Positions 62,000-64,000 of a stretch of DNA of 64,000 nt are shown here, piece after piece; the first letter of the stretch is position 1, and each line of letters begins with the position of its first letter. The stretch lies in assembly GCA_964016885.1 (NCBI GenBank), contig OZ024742.1, positions 350,734,001 to 350,798,000 of the forward strand, given 5' to 3'. The DNA is from Eledone cirrhosa (taxonomy: Eukaryota). The notes under the pieces were generated by a model. It had not been told where the DNA came from. It made no database searches and saw only the letters and a list, made by a program, of their open reading frames with translations. A program made the position numbers and the translations under genes.

Positions 62000-64000
62000 G
62001 GCGACCTACGTAGTAAATCGTATCATCGTGAGTTCCGCAAATGTTTGTTATTTCCGTTTGTTAAAAATTGCTATTTATGGAAACTTTTATTGTTAACTGT
62101 TTATAAGCGCACATACATTGTTTTCCGAAAAGGACACCCATAAGGATTGGGGCCTTGTGCCCACAATTTAAACATTTATAATTATCAAAAAATTCCTTTG
62201 AAAAAAAAAACATGGAAGTCTCACAGCCACACGAAGCTGACAGCCTTCCTCATAAACTAACACCTCACACCGACACCACCATTGTAAATATTACTACGTT
62301 TGCCAACACTAAAAATTTAATCAGTAGCAATATTTTTAATTTGTCTCAGGCAGACATTCATTTCCCGCCATTACCAATGACTGCAGGTGTTAAAGCCGCC
62401 ACCATCACCACCACCGCGACAACCACCACCCCCACCACCACCGCGACAACAGAAACAAAAGGAAAAAATAAATCAACTCGTGATGTCGAAATGTTTTCAA
62501 CCAAAATGGACTCTTCCACACCCAACACCACTGACGTCACCACCACCACAACTGAAACTAAAATTAATAATAACACAAATAACGATAACAACAACAACAA
62601 CAATGACATTAAAAAAGCCACCCTGAGTTTTGCCAGAGTATCAAAACAGTGCGAAGCATTTACGGTAACTCAGGAAGAATGAGAAAATGCCCAAAAAATG
62701 GTAAAGAAAGATGGGTACAGGGTCAGCCCCCACCCACACCTAATAAAATGGAGCATCGGCGCCTATGCACCGTGTCGTATCGAACAATTAATGTAAAATC
62801 GCGCCGAGTGGAACGGGCATCCGAGTCCCAAATCCCAAAAGCTTTGTGACATGTGTGGGCAAGAAAAACCCACATCAGACGTGGGCAGAAGTATGGAACC
62901 GTGGACGTGTTCTTTGAAACACCAGAGGAGGCTAGAGAACACTCCATGGTCCCATTAAGAAGTGACGACTTCACACTCGTCCCAAGCTATTGTGGCCAGA
63001 GACTCGTAAAGATCAGGGTGACCCACGTTCCACCGGCCATCGAAATTCCCTGGCTAATAGCGGCCGTCCTCGCCGGCATCGAAGCCAACACCAAGATAAT
63101 AGCAATAGCAAAAGAAAAGCAGGAGAACTGGTCCGGATCTGGGATGGAGCTCCTGATCCAAGCGGACCAAAAAAGCATTGAGGAGATCCCAGAGGTAATA
63201 GACCTCACTGACGGCAGCCACCTCACCGTAATTGTCGAGGGCAGAAGGCCTAGGTGTGTAGTTTGTGGTGAAGGAACCCACCTAAGGGCTTTCTGCCCTC
63301 AGGCTGAAAGGTTGAGGCCACCTCTCCTACCCACACCAGTGACTCAACCATCAACACCACCAGTAGCAGAGATGGCAGCAACAACTGTAGCAGCAACAAC
63401 CGAAGCAACTATAACAGCAACAACCCCAGCAACAGTAGCAAAACCACCACCACCACCACCACCAGCAAAACCAACACCACCACCATCCAACGCTTCAGAA
63501 CTAGCACCAGCGCCTACACCATCCACCACGCCACAACCAAAAACTAACGCCTGTGGAGGATTTTCCACTCCCCGGCCTATCACAACTGGAGACAGATTGT
63601 GACGACGAGGAGTTGGAAACGGTATCAGGAAAAAAGAAAAAAAGAAACCAAAAAAGAAAAAATTCTCTTCCTTCCCCCTCCAAAAACAAAATACAGAGGG
63701 AAACAAATAAATTAACAAACAAAAAAGTTAGGACAGATATGCCACCATCCACACCAGCATCACCAACCCCATCACCCCAAACACCAACACCATCACCATC
63801 ATTAACCCCAACACCACCATCACCTACACCACAAAAGTCACCAAAATGCGAAACAGAAACAAACCCACAACAAACGCAAACAAAACAAAACAACCAAAAC
63901 GATACACACTACACAGCATTAAATTTGAACAACAACCAATTATTACACTACATCCAACACAACACCAGCATCACAGAAAAAGACTACACACCAACCCAAA
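61999..64000 (+). mobile_element. 5' part of a third Tx1-like LINE related to family B; ORF1 pseudogene, runs off the window
   Basis: ORF1 from ATG 62212 with SFA, VERASESQI, WARKTHI and CVVCGEGTHLRAFC; contains stops and frameshifts. Confidence 0.85.

Overview
AT-rich, microsatellite-dense eukaryotic DNA. The SINE family and repeat landscape suggest an octopus/cephalopod (inference). No host gene could be supported; the window is a nest of retroelements. It holds (i) five Penelope-like elements (PLEs; RT plus GIY-YIG): four Naiad-like and one Neptune/Nematis-like, one near full length with direct pseudo-LTRs, and most others 5'-truncated with fold-back inversions; (ii) more than a dozen minimal hammerhead ribozyme (HHR) motifs from several PLE/retrozyme families, including U3-A8 core variants and one with a roughly 85-nt stem II insert; (iii) four Tx1/L1-clade LINEs in two head-to-tail pairs sitting in (TATC)n and (TTA)n microsatellites, one with both ORFs intact; (iv) tRNA-derived SINEs, CRE and RTE 3' fragments, minisatellites and a 4.6-kb tandem duplication. 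The most striking observation concerns two divergent Tx1-like families. In both, a perfect splice donor (AG|GTAAGT) overlaps the ORF1 end and the ORF2 stop TAG looks like a 3' splice acceptor. Removing ORF2 as an intron regenerates an immediate in-frame TGA for ORF1 in both, despite different intron phases.
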